Shown: piece by piece, positions 37,791 through 45,739 of the stretch
Numbering within the stretch: position 1 is the first letter of the stretch
Layout of the letters: each line of letters opens with the position of its first letter
From: a virus
Lineage: Duplodnaviria; Caudoviricetes
Strand: one strand, 5' to 3'
IMG/VR virus record: IMGVR_UViG_3300044960_000379
Location: 1-52,784 of that record
DNA length: 52,784 nucleotides
The notes under the pieces: generated by a model
Seen by the model: only the letters and a program-made list of their open reading frames with translations
Databases searched by the model: none
What the model was told of the DNA's origin: nothing
Translations under genes and position numbers: made by a program

Positions 37791-38069
37791 TTATTTATGA
37801 CTGTCGGCGGCTCGGCGAACGCCGGCGCAGCCCCGGCACCGGGCGCAGTCGAGGCAGTCGAAGCAGTCCCGGCACTGGACGCACCCGACGCAGCTCACGC
37901 AATCGGTGCAGCCGTAGCAGTCGACGCAGTTGAAGCAGTCGACGCAGCCGACGCAGTTCTTCAGCGTCGCCAGTGCCGCCAGCGCGAGCGTTTTCGCGCC
38001 CCACATGGCCAGCGACGCCCGATTGCCGTTCTCGTCGACGACCCATCCGGCGGGTGGGTCTACGGCCAT
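37791..38069 (-). CDS. Cys-x-x repeat protein, paralogue 5 (15 triplets)
   Basis: Head WVVDENGNRAS..WG...ALAAL..L followed by (Cxx)15; GAAGGAG RBS. Confidence 0.85.
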   Translation of the reverse strand: MAVDPPAGWVVDENGNRASLAMWGAKTLALAALATLKNCVGCVDCFNCVDCYGCTDCVSCVGCVQCRDCFDCLDCARCRGCAGVRRAADSHK

Positions 38070-38500
38070 GGACAGACTCCTTCGGTCCGGTCGGCGGCGA
38101 TGTTCCGCGCGCCGGTGTCACGCGAACAGCCTGCGCAGCAGGCACAGTTCTGGCAGTCGACGCAGCGGATACAGTCGGTGCAATCCGAGCATCGGCCGCA
38201 GCGGATGCAGCCGGAGCAGCCGGCGCAACCAGAGCAGCGGTGACAGCCGGTGCAATGGTAGCAGTCGTTGCACCAAGCGCAACCGGAGCAGCCGAAGCAC
38301 CGCAGGCATGCCGTGCTTTCGGTGCAGACCACGCACTCCTGGCAGTCGACGCAGTTGAAGCAGTCGGTGCAGCCGAAGCAGCCCTGCAGACTGTCAAGGG
38401 CGGCGCGCGCCGCCTCGACCGACCCCCACCGGGCGACCGACGCCCGATTGCCGTTCGCGTCGGTGATCCATTCGACGGCCATGTTTATGGTTCCTTTCAT
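38060..38500 (-). CDS. Cys-x-x repeat protein, paralogue 4 (28 triplets)
   Basis: Head WITDANGNRASVARWGSVEAARAALDSL, Cxx run with one Ser substitution, tail DRTEGVCP. Confidence 0.85.
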   Translation of the reverse strand: MKGTINMAVEWITDANGNRASVARWGSVEAARAALDSLQGCFGCTDCFNCVDCQECVVCTESTACLRCFGCSGCAWCNDCYHCTGCHRCSGCAGCSGCIRCGRCSDCTDCIRCVDCQNCACCAGCSRDTGARNIAADRTEGVCPWP

Positions 38501-38952
38501 GGGCGGACTCCTTCGAGTCGGTTGGCGTCGTTAAGGGCTTCGCAGCTGGCGCACTCGTCGCAGCGCGAGCAACGCAGGCACCCGTCGCAGTCGGTGCAGT
38601 CCGAGCAGTCGGTGCATCGCCGGCAGCCGGAGCAGTCGGTGCAGTCCGAGCAGTCGGTGCAGTCGACACAGCCGGAGCAGTCGGCGCACCACGAGCAGTC
38701 GGCGCAGTGACGACAGCCGGAGCAGTCGGCGCACCACGAGCAGTCGGCGCAGTGACGACAGCCGGAGCAGTCGGCGCACCACGAGCAGTCGGCGCAGTGA
38801 CGACAGCCCGAGCAGCCCGAGCAGTCGGCACAGTCGGTGCAGCCGGAGCAGCCCTGCAGGCTGTCGAGGACGGCGCGCGCCGCCTCGACCGACCCCCACC
38901 GGGCGACCGACGCCCGGTTGCCGTTCGCGTCAGTGATCCATTTCGTGGTCAT
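38497..38952 (-). CDS. Cys-x-x repeat protein, paralogue 3 (35 triplets)
   Basis: ATG 38952 with ATGA overlap and GAAGGAG RBS; same head; tail NRLEGVRP. Confidence 0.85.
   Translation of the reverse strand: MTTKWITDANGNRASVARWGSVEAARAVLDSLQGCSGCTDCADCSGCSGCRHCADCSWCADCSGCRHCADCSWCADCSGCRHCADCSWCADCSGCVDCTDCSDCTDCSGCRRCTDCSDCTDCDGCLRCSRCDECASCEALNDANRLEGVRP
38671..38805. repeat. Perfect 45-bp tandem repeat x3 inside paralogue 3
   Basis: GCCGGAGCAGTCGGCGCACCACGAGCAGTCGGCGCAGTGACGACA at 38671, 38716 and 38761. Confidence 0.95.
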
Positions 38953-39323
38953 GGGCGGACTCCTTCGAGTCGGTTGGCCTTGGTCACGTTCCGGCAGTCG
39001 GCGCAGCCGGAGCAGTCGACGCACCGGACGCAGCCCGAGCAGCCGGAGCAGTCGGCGCAGTAACGACAGCCGGCGCAGTCGGAGCAGCCCCGGCAGCCGA
39101 CGCACCGGACACAGTCGACGCAGTTGGAGCAGTCGACGCACCGGACGCAGCCCGAGCAGCCGGAGCAGTCGAAGCAACCCGAGCAGTCCCGCAAGGTGGC
39201 GAGGGCGGCGCGCGCCGCCTCGACGGACCCCCATCGGTCGACAGATGCGTGGTTGCCGTTCGCGTCGGTGACCCACGCGATGGTCATGGACGTGGCCAAG
39301 GACGCAGTCATGGACGCGATCAT
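38949..39323 (-). CDS. Cys-x-x repeat protein, paralogue 2 (22 triplets)
   Basis: ATG 39323 after GAAGGAG; head WVTDANGNHASVDRWGSVEAARAAL; tail NRLEGVRP. Confidence 0.85.
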   Translation of the reverse strand: MIASMTASLATSMTIAWVTDANGNHASVDRWGSVEAARAALATLRDCSGCFDCSGCSGCVRCVDCSNCVDCVRCVGCRGCSDCAGCRYCADCSGCSGCVRCVDCSGCADCRNVTKANRLEGVRP

Positions 39324-39325
39324 GG

Positions 39326-39766
39326 TCAGGCTCCTTCGAGTCGGTTGGCGTTGGTCACGTTCCGGCAGTCCGAGCAGCCGGAGCAGCCGGAGCAGTCGAC
39401 ACAGTCGAGGCAGTCGGTGCAGCCCCGGCAGCTGGCGCACCGGACGCAGCCGGAGCAGCCATAGCAACCGGCGCAGTCCGAGCAGTCCGCGCAGCCGAAG
39501 CAGCCCCGGCAGCCGGAGCAGCTGGCGCACCGGACGCAGCCGGAGCAGTCGACGCAGCCGGAGCAGTCGGCGCAACTGCGGCAGTCGAGGCAGTCCGAGC
39601 AGTCGGTGCATCGCCGGCAGCCGGAGCAGTCGGCGCAGTTGGTGCAGTCGACGCAGTCACGGCAGCCTCGCAGGGAGGCAAGGGCGGCGCGCGCCGCCTC
39701 GGCCGATCCCCAGCGGTCGACCGACGCCCGGTTGCCGTTCGCGTCGGTGATCCATTTCGTGGTCAT
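39326..39766 (-). CDS. Cys-x-x repeat protein, paralogue 1 (34 triplets)
   Basis: GAGGAGG RBS and ATGA overlap; same head; tail NRLEGA. Confidence 0.85.
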   Translation of the reverse strand: MTTKWITDANGNRASVDRWGSAEAARAALASLRGCRDCVDCTNCADCSGCRRCTDCSDCLDCRSCADCSGCVDCSGCVRCASCSGCRGCFGCADCSDCAGCYGCSGCVRCASCRGCTDCLDCVDCSGCSGCSDCRNVTNANRLEGA

Positions 39767-41538
39767 GGGCAGACCTCCTCGCGCCGGATCAGATGCGCCT
39801 GCACGGACGCCGGCGCCTTGCCCCGTCCGGCGACGTGCAGCAGCGGCACGGTCGGCGCGATCAGGATCGTCAGCCCCGCGTATCGGCTGCCGCCGAACCT
39901 CACCTGCAGCGACCGCGCAAGGGCGACGGCCGTCGGCACGCCGAACCAGCCGATCATCGTCGCCAGCGCCGCTTCGCCGGGCGCGACGGGGCCGGCCAGC
40001 GCCGCCTCGACCGCACGCACGTCGCCCTTCGACGCACGCAAGGCGCCGCGCAGCCGATCCGCCCCCGGGACGTGCAGCCCCACCAGCCCGCGCCCGGCGA
40101 AGCGCGGACCGCGCCGCGCCTGATCCAGATCGCCGGAAAGCACCGCCACGGTCAGCGGGGCGGGCGGAACGGGCGGAGCGTGCGGATCGGAAGCATCGGA
40201 GGCATCGGAGGCATCGGTGTCGAGCAGCAGCGCCGTCCGGACGAACGTCTCCGTGGCCGCAGGGTCGAGCAGCAGCACTTCGCCGGACCGGACGTCAGGC
40301 ACCAGAGACAGTCCGCAGTCCACCGCCGGGGCAGCCCCGCTCGCCGAACGACAGAACACGCGCGCCACGTCGCCCCTGCGCGTCCCGTCCGCCGTCGGCG
40401 AGCGCACCACCGACGACAGAAGCGCCGGATCGCCGCCGATCATGCCAGCGACAGCCTCGCGCGCCCGGTGCCAGACAGTCGCCGAGGACACAAGCGAGTC
40501 GCCTCCCGAGGAGGCCGAGGACACAAGCGAGCCGTGCTCCGGGACCGCCGCCGTCGCAGCCGCCGCCACCAGCACATGCCCGCGCCGGATGGAGCCGTCC
40601 GGCATGGTGTGCGAGCAGGCCGGCAGCGCCGTGGCGAACACGTCGGACTCCACGAGTCCGACAGCGCCGCTCATGTCGCGCATCGTCTCGACGGCGACGC
40701 GAACGCGCTCGACCCGATCCGCGAGCGCCTGCGGATCGTCATCCCAGACAACTCGCACCATCCCGCCCTGCCGGAACCCATCCACATCGCACGGACGGGC
40801 GCGGAGCGGCGAGATGACGCCGCACCAGCCCATGGCGAGCGCGCCATGCGCGGAACCGTCAGGCACGAACACCGTGCTGGACCCGTCAGGATCGGAGGAG
40901 TCGTATTCCATCCCGGCCGCCACCAGCGCACGGATCGGCACGTAGGGACGCGACGACAGGGACGCCGGCGCGCCAGCCTCCCGCAACCGGACCACGGGGC
41001 AGAACACCGGCACCGTCGTTGTCGAGTGAAACACGCTATGCTCCGGCAAGGGCAAGGGCACGAACACGGGCGTGCCGTCACGCGGTCCGACCGCCAGCGG
41101 CGGCAGGACAGACTCCGGGAGTCCGAGCGTGATGGTGGTAGTGCCGTCTAGCTTCTGCCGGGCCCACAGACCAGGAACCCACCTGCTCAGCAGCGCGTTG
41201 AGCCGGCGCGCCGTGCTCGCCGAGCCATACCCGTCAACCGCGAAACCGACCACACGGGCATCGGCAATACACTCCGGAAGCGGCGGGATCACGCCGACCG
41301 GCCGCCCCGGCATCGGCCGGAACCCCTTCATCCAGCGGCGGAGCGAACGCTGATCCGCCACGTCGAGCCAGCGCGGACCGGACAGGCGAACGTAGAAGAT
41401 GTTCCTGGAGAAATGCGACCACACGATCAGGTTCCGGTCGCAGTAGAAGGTCACGGTGGTGCTGCTGCCGCAGGACCGCGCGTAGATGAGCTGCGGCTCG
41501 GGCTGGGCCGGACGGCGAGGACGGTGAAGGTTGGGCAT
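39763..41538 (-). CDS. Large early hypothetical protein
   Basis: First gene after the consensus promoter; GGAG before ATG 41538 (alternative start 41604); coupled to paralogue 1. No motif recognised. Confidence 0.65.
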   Translation of the reverse strand: MPNLHRPRRPAQPEPQLIYARSCGSSTTVTFYCDRNLIVWSHFSRNIFYVRLSGPRWLDVADQRSLRRWMKGFRPMPGRPVGVIPPLPECIADARVVGFAVDGYGSASTARRLNALLSRWVPGLWARQKLDGTTTITLGLPESVLPPLAVGPRDGTPVFVPLPLPEHSVFHSTTTVPVFCPVVRLREAGAPASLSSRPYVPIRALVAAGMEYDSSDPDGSSTVFVPDGSAHGALAMGWCGVISPLRARPCDVDGFRQGGMVRVVWDDDPQALADRVERVRVAVETMRDMSGAVGLVESDVFATALPACSHTMPDGSIRRGHVLVAAAATAAVPEHGSLVSSASSGGDSLVSSATVWHRAREAVAGMIGGDPALLSSVVRSPTADGTRRGDVARVFCRSASGAAPAVDCGLSLVPDVRSGEVLLLDPAATETFVRTALLLDTDASDASDASDPHAPPVPPAPLTVAVLSGDLDQARRGPRFAGRGLVGLHVPGADRLRGALRASKGDVRAVEAALAGPVAPGEAALATMIGWFGVPTAVALARSLQVRFGGSRYAGLTILIAPTVPLLHVAGRGKAPASVQAHLIRREEVCP

Positions 41539-41622
41539 GAGCAGACTCCGGGGAGTCGGCCGGGGCGACTGCCACGCGCCGTCCGGCCTGCGTGAATAAG
41601 GCATAACTGTGGCAGTATTTGA

Positions 41623-41651
41623 ATTATAGCATCATATACATTGGGTGTCAA
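41623..41651 (-). promoter_or_regulatory. Perfect-consensus sigma70 promoter
   Basis: Minus strand reads TTGACA-N17-TATAAT with an extended -10 TG. Confidence 0.9.
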
Positions 41652-42498
41652 TAGCGGAGTTATGTGGGAAAAGGGGCTTATATACAGTCGTGAGCGGCTT
41701 TCCCACAATTGGTTTGTTGTCCGTTTTAGGGAAGCAATCCTAGAGTGAGCACCCAATTGTGGCAGACGGCGGCTCAAAGCAGGTAAGCCCAGTCAACCTC
41801 GGCGACCCCAGCGTTGTGTGGAGCCAGTGATTATTTTTCTCGGCCCTCTCGGAGCCGAATGTGTCAAAATTAAGGAATGTGGGATTACGGCGACTGCGGC
41901 ACATAGCGGCGATAAGTAGGCTCAGTAGGGAGACTTGGCTTGTTTTGCCGCCAGGATGCGGAAAACCCAGATGTATACGTAGCAAATGGCGGAGGCGGCA
42001 CTGGGCATACGTAACGGAATTATATATGCCGAGCGGCGTAAGAGGGATTGCGGCGGGGCTATATGCGTATACGCGCGGCGTGTTTTGCGGGGTGGAGGGC
42101 GCGGAGAGGGAAGTCCAGAGGGTGTGTGGGGGGTCGTGGTATTGCTGTCTCAGTGAAGGAAATGGAGGTATAAAAATGCGAATGTGGCGGAGGTGTGGCG
42201 TTGCCACAATTCGCCGCCGCTGACGAGACCCTACCTTCCAGTTATATGATAAGATTCACTAGTAAATAATGTCTTTGCTGTATATATCCAAGTCCATACG
42301 CATTTCTATGGACAGATAGACCGCCCCCAAAGTGCCGCTTACGGACAATTTCCATTCGCCTACTCTTTATAAGTCAGTTTATTGGTATGACGGCACGAAG
42401 AATGCCTAGCCAAGTTTCCCGAAATAAAATACTGGGTATACATACTCATTTTCGCCACAATCGCCAGTGTAGTTTCTCGCTCCCGGCCAACAGACCGC

Positions 42499-42526
42499 TT
42501 GACAGCGCCGCTCGGCATGCTACCGT
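42499..42526 (+). promoter_or_regulatory. Candidate sigma70 promoter
   Basis: TTGACA-N16-TACCGT upstream of an AGGAGG RBS. Confidence 0.55.
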
Positions 42527-42562
42527 CCGGTTCCGCGTCGCGATCAGACAGGAGGACAGCCC

Positions 42563-43420
42563 GTGCGCAACACCTACACCCACCGTCTGGCGGAGGAGGC
42601 AAAATCCGCTCTTGGGAAGGACTATATCCGTAACTACTGCGTCGAAGTGCTGGCTTGGGCGAAGCTGGCGCTGGCACTGGACGTTCCGAGGGTCCCGCGC
42701 TCGCCGACGTCTCCGATGTCGTCGCTGCGGCGGCTCAACATCGTCCATCCGCATGTCCACGTGGCGCAGCAGGTTCCCGCCATGCAGTTGCCGTGGGGGG
42801 CCGTGGCGCGCGACGCGCCGCTCGGCCCGGCGACGATCTTCGTCTACCGGACGGGACGGCTGCTGGCCTTCAACAAGCTGCTGCTGGCCGAAGTTTTCGC
42901 CTCCATCGAGTCTTCGGTCGTGGCGGCTCCGTCGCGCCTTGCCAAGGCGCGCAACGCGGCCTCGCGGGCCTTCATGCGCACGTCCATCGCCGCCGAGGCC
43001 GCCGCTGCCCTCGGGCGGGTTCCCCCGGGCCGCTGGACGCCGCAGACGGACGTCCTGTGCGGCTACAACCTCCCGACTGTCGGCAGGATCGCCGTGGATG
43101 GTTTCTCCGCGCCGGGCGTGACGGCCTACGGCTTCTTCACGCGCGCTGCCGGCAAGCAGTCGGCCATGGCGCCGGCCGTGGTCGTGGCACAGACGTTCCT
43201 CGACGCCATCCAGTCCGGCTCGCTGGACCGCTGGACAGGCATGGCTCCGGCTGCTGGCAGGCTTGGCGCGCAGGCACCGGTGGCACCGTCGCTGCAGGCG
43301 CCTCTGGCAGACTCCGGGAGTCCGATCCCCATGCCGACGCGGGTCGAGGCCCGCCCCGATCCGGGCGTCGATGACGACCTTCGCGATGTGTTCGAGTCGC
43401 TGCGTGCCGTCGAGGACTGA
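42563..43420 (+). CDS. Hypothetical protein (lone rightward gene in the early region)
   Basis: AGGAGG RBS, GTG start, 285 aa, acidic C-terminus. Confidence 0.7.
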   Translation: MRNTYTHRLAEEAKSALGKDYIRNYCVEVLAWAKLALALDVPRVPRSPTSPMSSLRRLNIVHPHVHVAQQVPAMQLPWGAVARDAPLGPATIFVYRTGRLLAFNKLLLAEVFASIESSVVAAPSRLAKARNAASRAFMRTSIAAEAAAALGRVPPGRWTPQTDVLCGYNLPTVGRIAVDGFSAPGVTAYGFFTRAAGKQSAMAPAVVVAQTFLDAIQSGSLDRWTGMAPAAGRLGAQAPVAPSLQAPLADSGSPIPMPTRVEARPDPGVDDDLRDVFESLRAVED

Positions 43421-43558
43421 CGGCCGCCGCGCTCCGCCGCGCTCCGCTCCGCCGCGCAGTTCCCCGCGAGGAACCATAAACAACGCAACCCCGGGGCCGC
43501 TCTGCCGCGTCGTTGCCTGCATGGAACCATAAACATCGCCGCGCCGCGCGCGGCGATG

Positions 43559-43696
43559 TTTCCAGGCCGGAGCGGAGCTTCCGGCCTGTTTCCCGCACCA
43601 TGGCCGGCCATGGTGCAGCGCAGCGAACGGCCTGTTTCCCGCGCCGTGGCCGGCCATGGTGCAGCGCAGCGATTCGACGCCGCTCCGGCCTGGAAA
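43559..43696 (+). ncRNA. Candidate structured non-coding element (outer stem enclosing two hairpins)
   Basis: 17-bp inverted repeat (43559-43575 / 43680-43696) encloses two 45-bp direct repeats, each containing a 22-nt palindrome. Confidence 0.4.
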
Positions 43697-43705
43697 GCGG
43701 GCGTG

Positions 43706-43735
43706 AAAAAACCCGCCTGGCGCAAGCCAGGCGGG
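43706..43735 (-). terminator. Intrinsic terminator (second of a tandem pair)
   Basis: 10-bp stem CCCGCCTGGC/GCCAGGCGGG with U6 on the minus strand. Confidence 0.8.
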
Positions 43736-43752
43736 CCGGAAAGCGGGCATGG

Positions 43753-43781
43753 AAAAACCCGCCTAGCTTGCGCTAGGCGGG
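43753..43781 (-). terminator. Intrinsic terminator (first of a tandem pair)
   Basis: 10-bp stem CCCGCCTAGC/GCTAGGCGGG, GCAA loop and U5 on the minus strand, just after the 43796 stop. Confidence 0.8.
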
Positions 43782-43795
43782 CTGGAAGGCGCGGC

Positions 43796-44689
<894 letters not shown>

Positions 44690-44753
44690 AGGTCACTCCT
44701 ATCGGGTTTTGAGCGGATCGCATGGCCGTAAACCCATAACCGACCATGCAGCA

Positions 44754-44782
44754 ATTATTATACAAAACAGCCGCTAAGTCAA
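44754..44782 (-). promoter_or_regulatory. Candidate sigma70 promoter
   Basis: Minus strand reads TTGACT-N17-AATAAT (an overlapping TATAAT is present) in an AT-rich patch. Confidence 0.6.
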
Positions 44783-44800
44783 TAACTACGTTACGCGCTA

Positions 44801-44972
44801 GACTCCGTGGAGTCCGGCATCGCCGCGCTGCGCTTTGCTGCGCCGCAGCAAGCAATGCTGCGCCGCCGAAAGCAGATGCTGCGCCGCAGCAAGCAATGCT
44901 GCGCCGCGAGACGCGGGTGCCGCGCTGCCGAAACGTAAATGCTGCGCTGCCGAAACCGGACTCCACGGAGTC
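44801..44972. repeat. 17-bp inverted repeat enclosing TGCTGCGC(C/T)GC repeats with about 20-22-bp period
   Basis: GACTCCGTGGAGTCCGG (44801-44817) and its reverse complement (44956-44972); internal units at 44836, 44856, 44877, 44897, 44918 and 44940. Confidence 0.85.
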
Positions 44973-45076
44973 CGACCCCCCATCGGACCAAAGGGGCGGG
45001 GGCGCCGTGGCTCCAAAAAGCAAGCCACTAGCTCGCGCTCGACGCCACTTCGCGCGGTGTGAAATCCGACAGGCCA

Positions 45077-45209
45077 CGCAACCCCAGCCCGACGGCGCAA
45101 CCCCAGCCCGACGGCGCAACCCCAGCCCGACGGCGCAACCCCAGCCCGACGGCGCAACCCCAGCCCGACGGCGCAACCCCAGCCCGACGGCGCAACCCCA
45201 GCCCGACGG
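45077..45209. repeat. Perfect 19-bp tandem repeat x7
   Basis: CGCAACCCCAGCCCGACGG x7 with no spacers, plus a degenerate eighth copy. Confidence 0.97.
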
Positions 45210-45239
45210 CGCGACCCCGCCGAACGACGGAAGACGCTC

Positions 45240-45268
45240 TTGACAGCGCGAAAGACATCCGGCACCGT
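45240..45268 (+). promoter_or_regulatory. Candidate promoter for a small RNA
   Basis: TTGACA-N17-CACCGT (compare TACCGT at 42521). Confidence 0.45.
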
Positions 45269-45312
45269 AGCCTCGCTGTTTGGTTTTAGGATTTCCTCCT
45301 GAGCACGCGACT

Positions 45313-45347
45313 GGCCGGTGCGTCGCCGCACCGGCCTCTTTCTTTTT
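45313..45347 (+). terminator. Intrinsic terminator
   Basis: GGCCGGTGCG-TCGC-CGCACCGGCC followed by TCTTTCTTTTT. Confidence 0.8.
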
Positions 45348-45357
45348 GCGCCGCCCG

Positions 45358-45387
45358 TTGACACGACGGCTTCGCCGCGTGCATCAT
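45358..45387 (+). promoter_or_regulatory. Candidate promoter for the lysis operon
   Basis: TTGACA-N18-CATCAT right after the terminator. Confidence 0.45.
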
Positions 45388-45466
45388 GGATTCGGTCAAC
45401 CTGCACAAGGACCGACCGTCTGGGAGTAAAGCGGGCCGCCCCCGCCTTCACGCCGGAGACACCCAC

Positions 45467-45739
45467 ATGAACGCCACCCAGCAGCCGCGCCCGGCGCTGC
45501 CCCCGCAGCTTCGCACGCAGGCCGCCCTCGCCGTCGACCAGTTCTTCGGAGTGCTCGGGATCGCCGTCACCAACCGGACCGCGCACGACGCCCTGACCGA
45601 CGCCATGGGGCGCCTGATGGCATCCGCATTCCATGCCGGCGTCGAGTATTCCCGCAAGATCGACGCGCCCGGTTTTGCCGGCCCGACCGAACCCGACACG
45701 ATGGACAGCGCCAATGGCCCCGACTACACCAAGGGTTAA
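45467..45739 (+). CDS. Hypothetical protein
   Basis: GGAG RBS before ATG 45467. Confidence 0.6.
   Translation: MNATQQPRPALPPQLRTQAALAVDQFFGVLGIAVTNRTAHDALTDAMGRLMASAFHAGVEYSRKIDAPGFAGPTEPDTMDSANGPDYTKG

Noticed and set aside
37776-39750. Leu/Arg-rich, Ala/Pro/Thr-rich and Gln/Ser-rich ORFs over the Cys array
   Set aside because: These are shadow frames of a stop-free 9-bp-period repeat. RBSs and start/stop overlaps support only the Cys frames.
37791-39766. Diversity-generating retroelement behind the Cys-array variation
   Set aside because: No reverse transcriptase ORF was seen, and the differences are not confined to adenines of a template/variable repeat pair.
37791-39766. Ferredoxin, multiheme cytochrome or insect antifreeze protein identity
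   Set aside because: There is no CxxCxxCxxxCP spacing, no repeated CxxCH heme motifs or signal peptide, and no regular TCT array.
41740-42223. Protein-coding genes in the low-GC island
   Set aside because: Atypical codon usage, no convincing RBS and no motifs; left uncalled.
44801-44972. Insertion sequence or MITE
   Set aside because: No transposase and no evident target-site duplication; kept only as a repeat element.
45077-45209. CRISPR array
   Set aside because: The repeats are directly adjacent with no spacers, and there is no cas operon. The Cas4-like gene is a typical stand-alone phage exonuclease.
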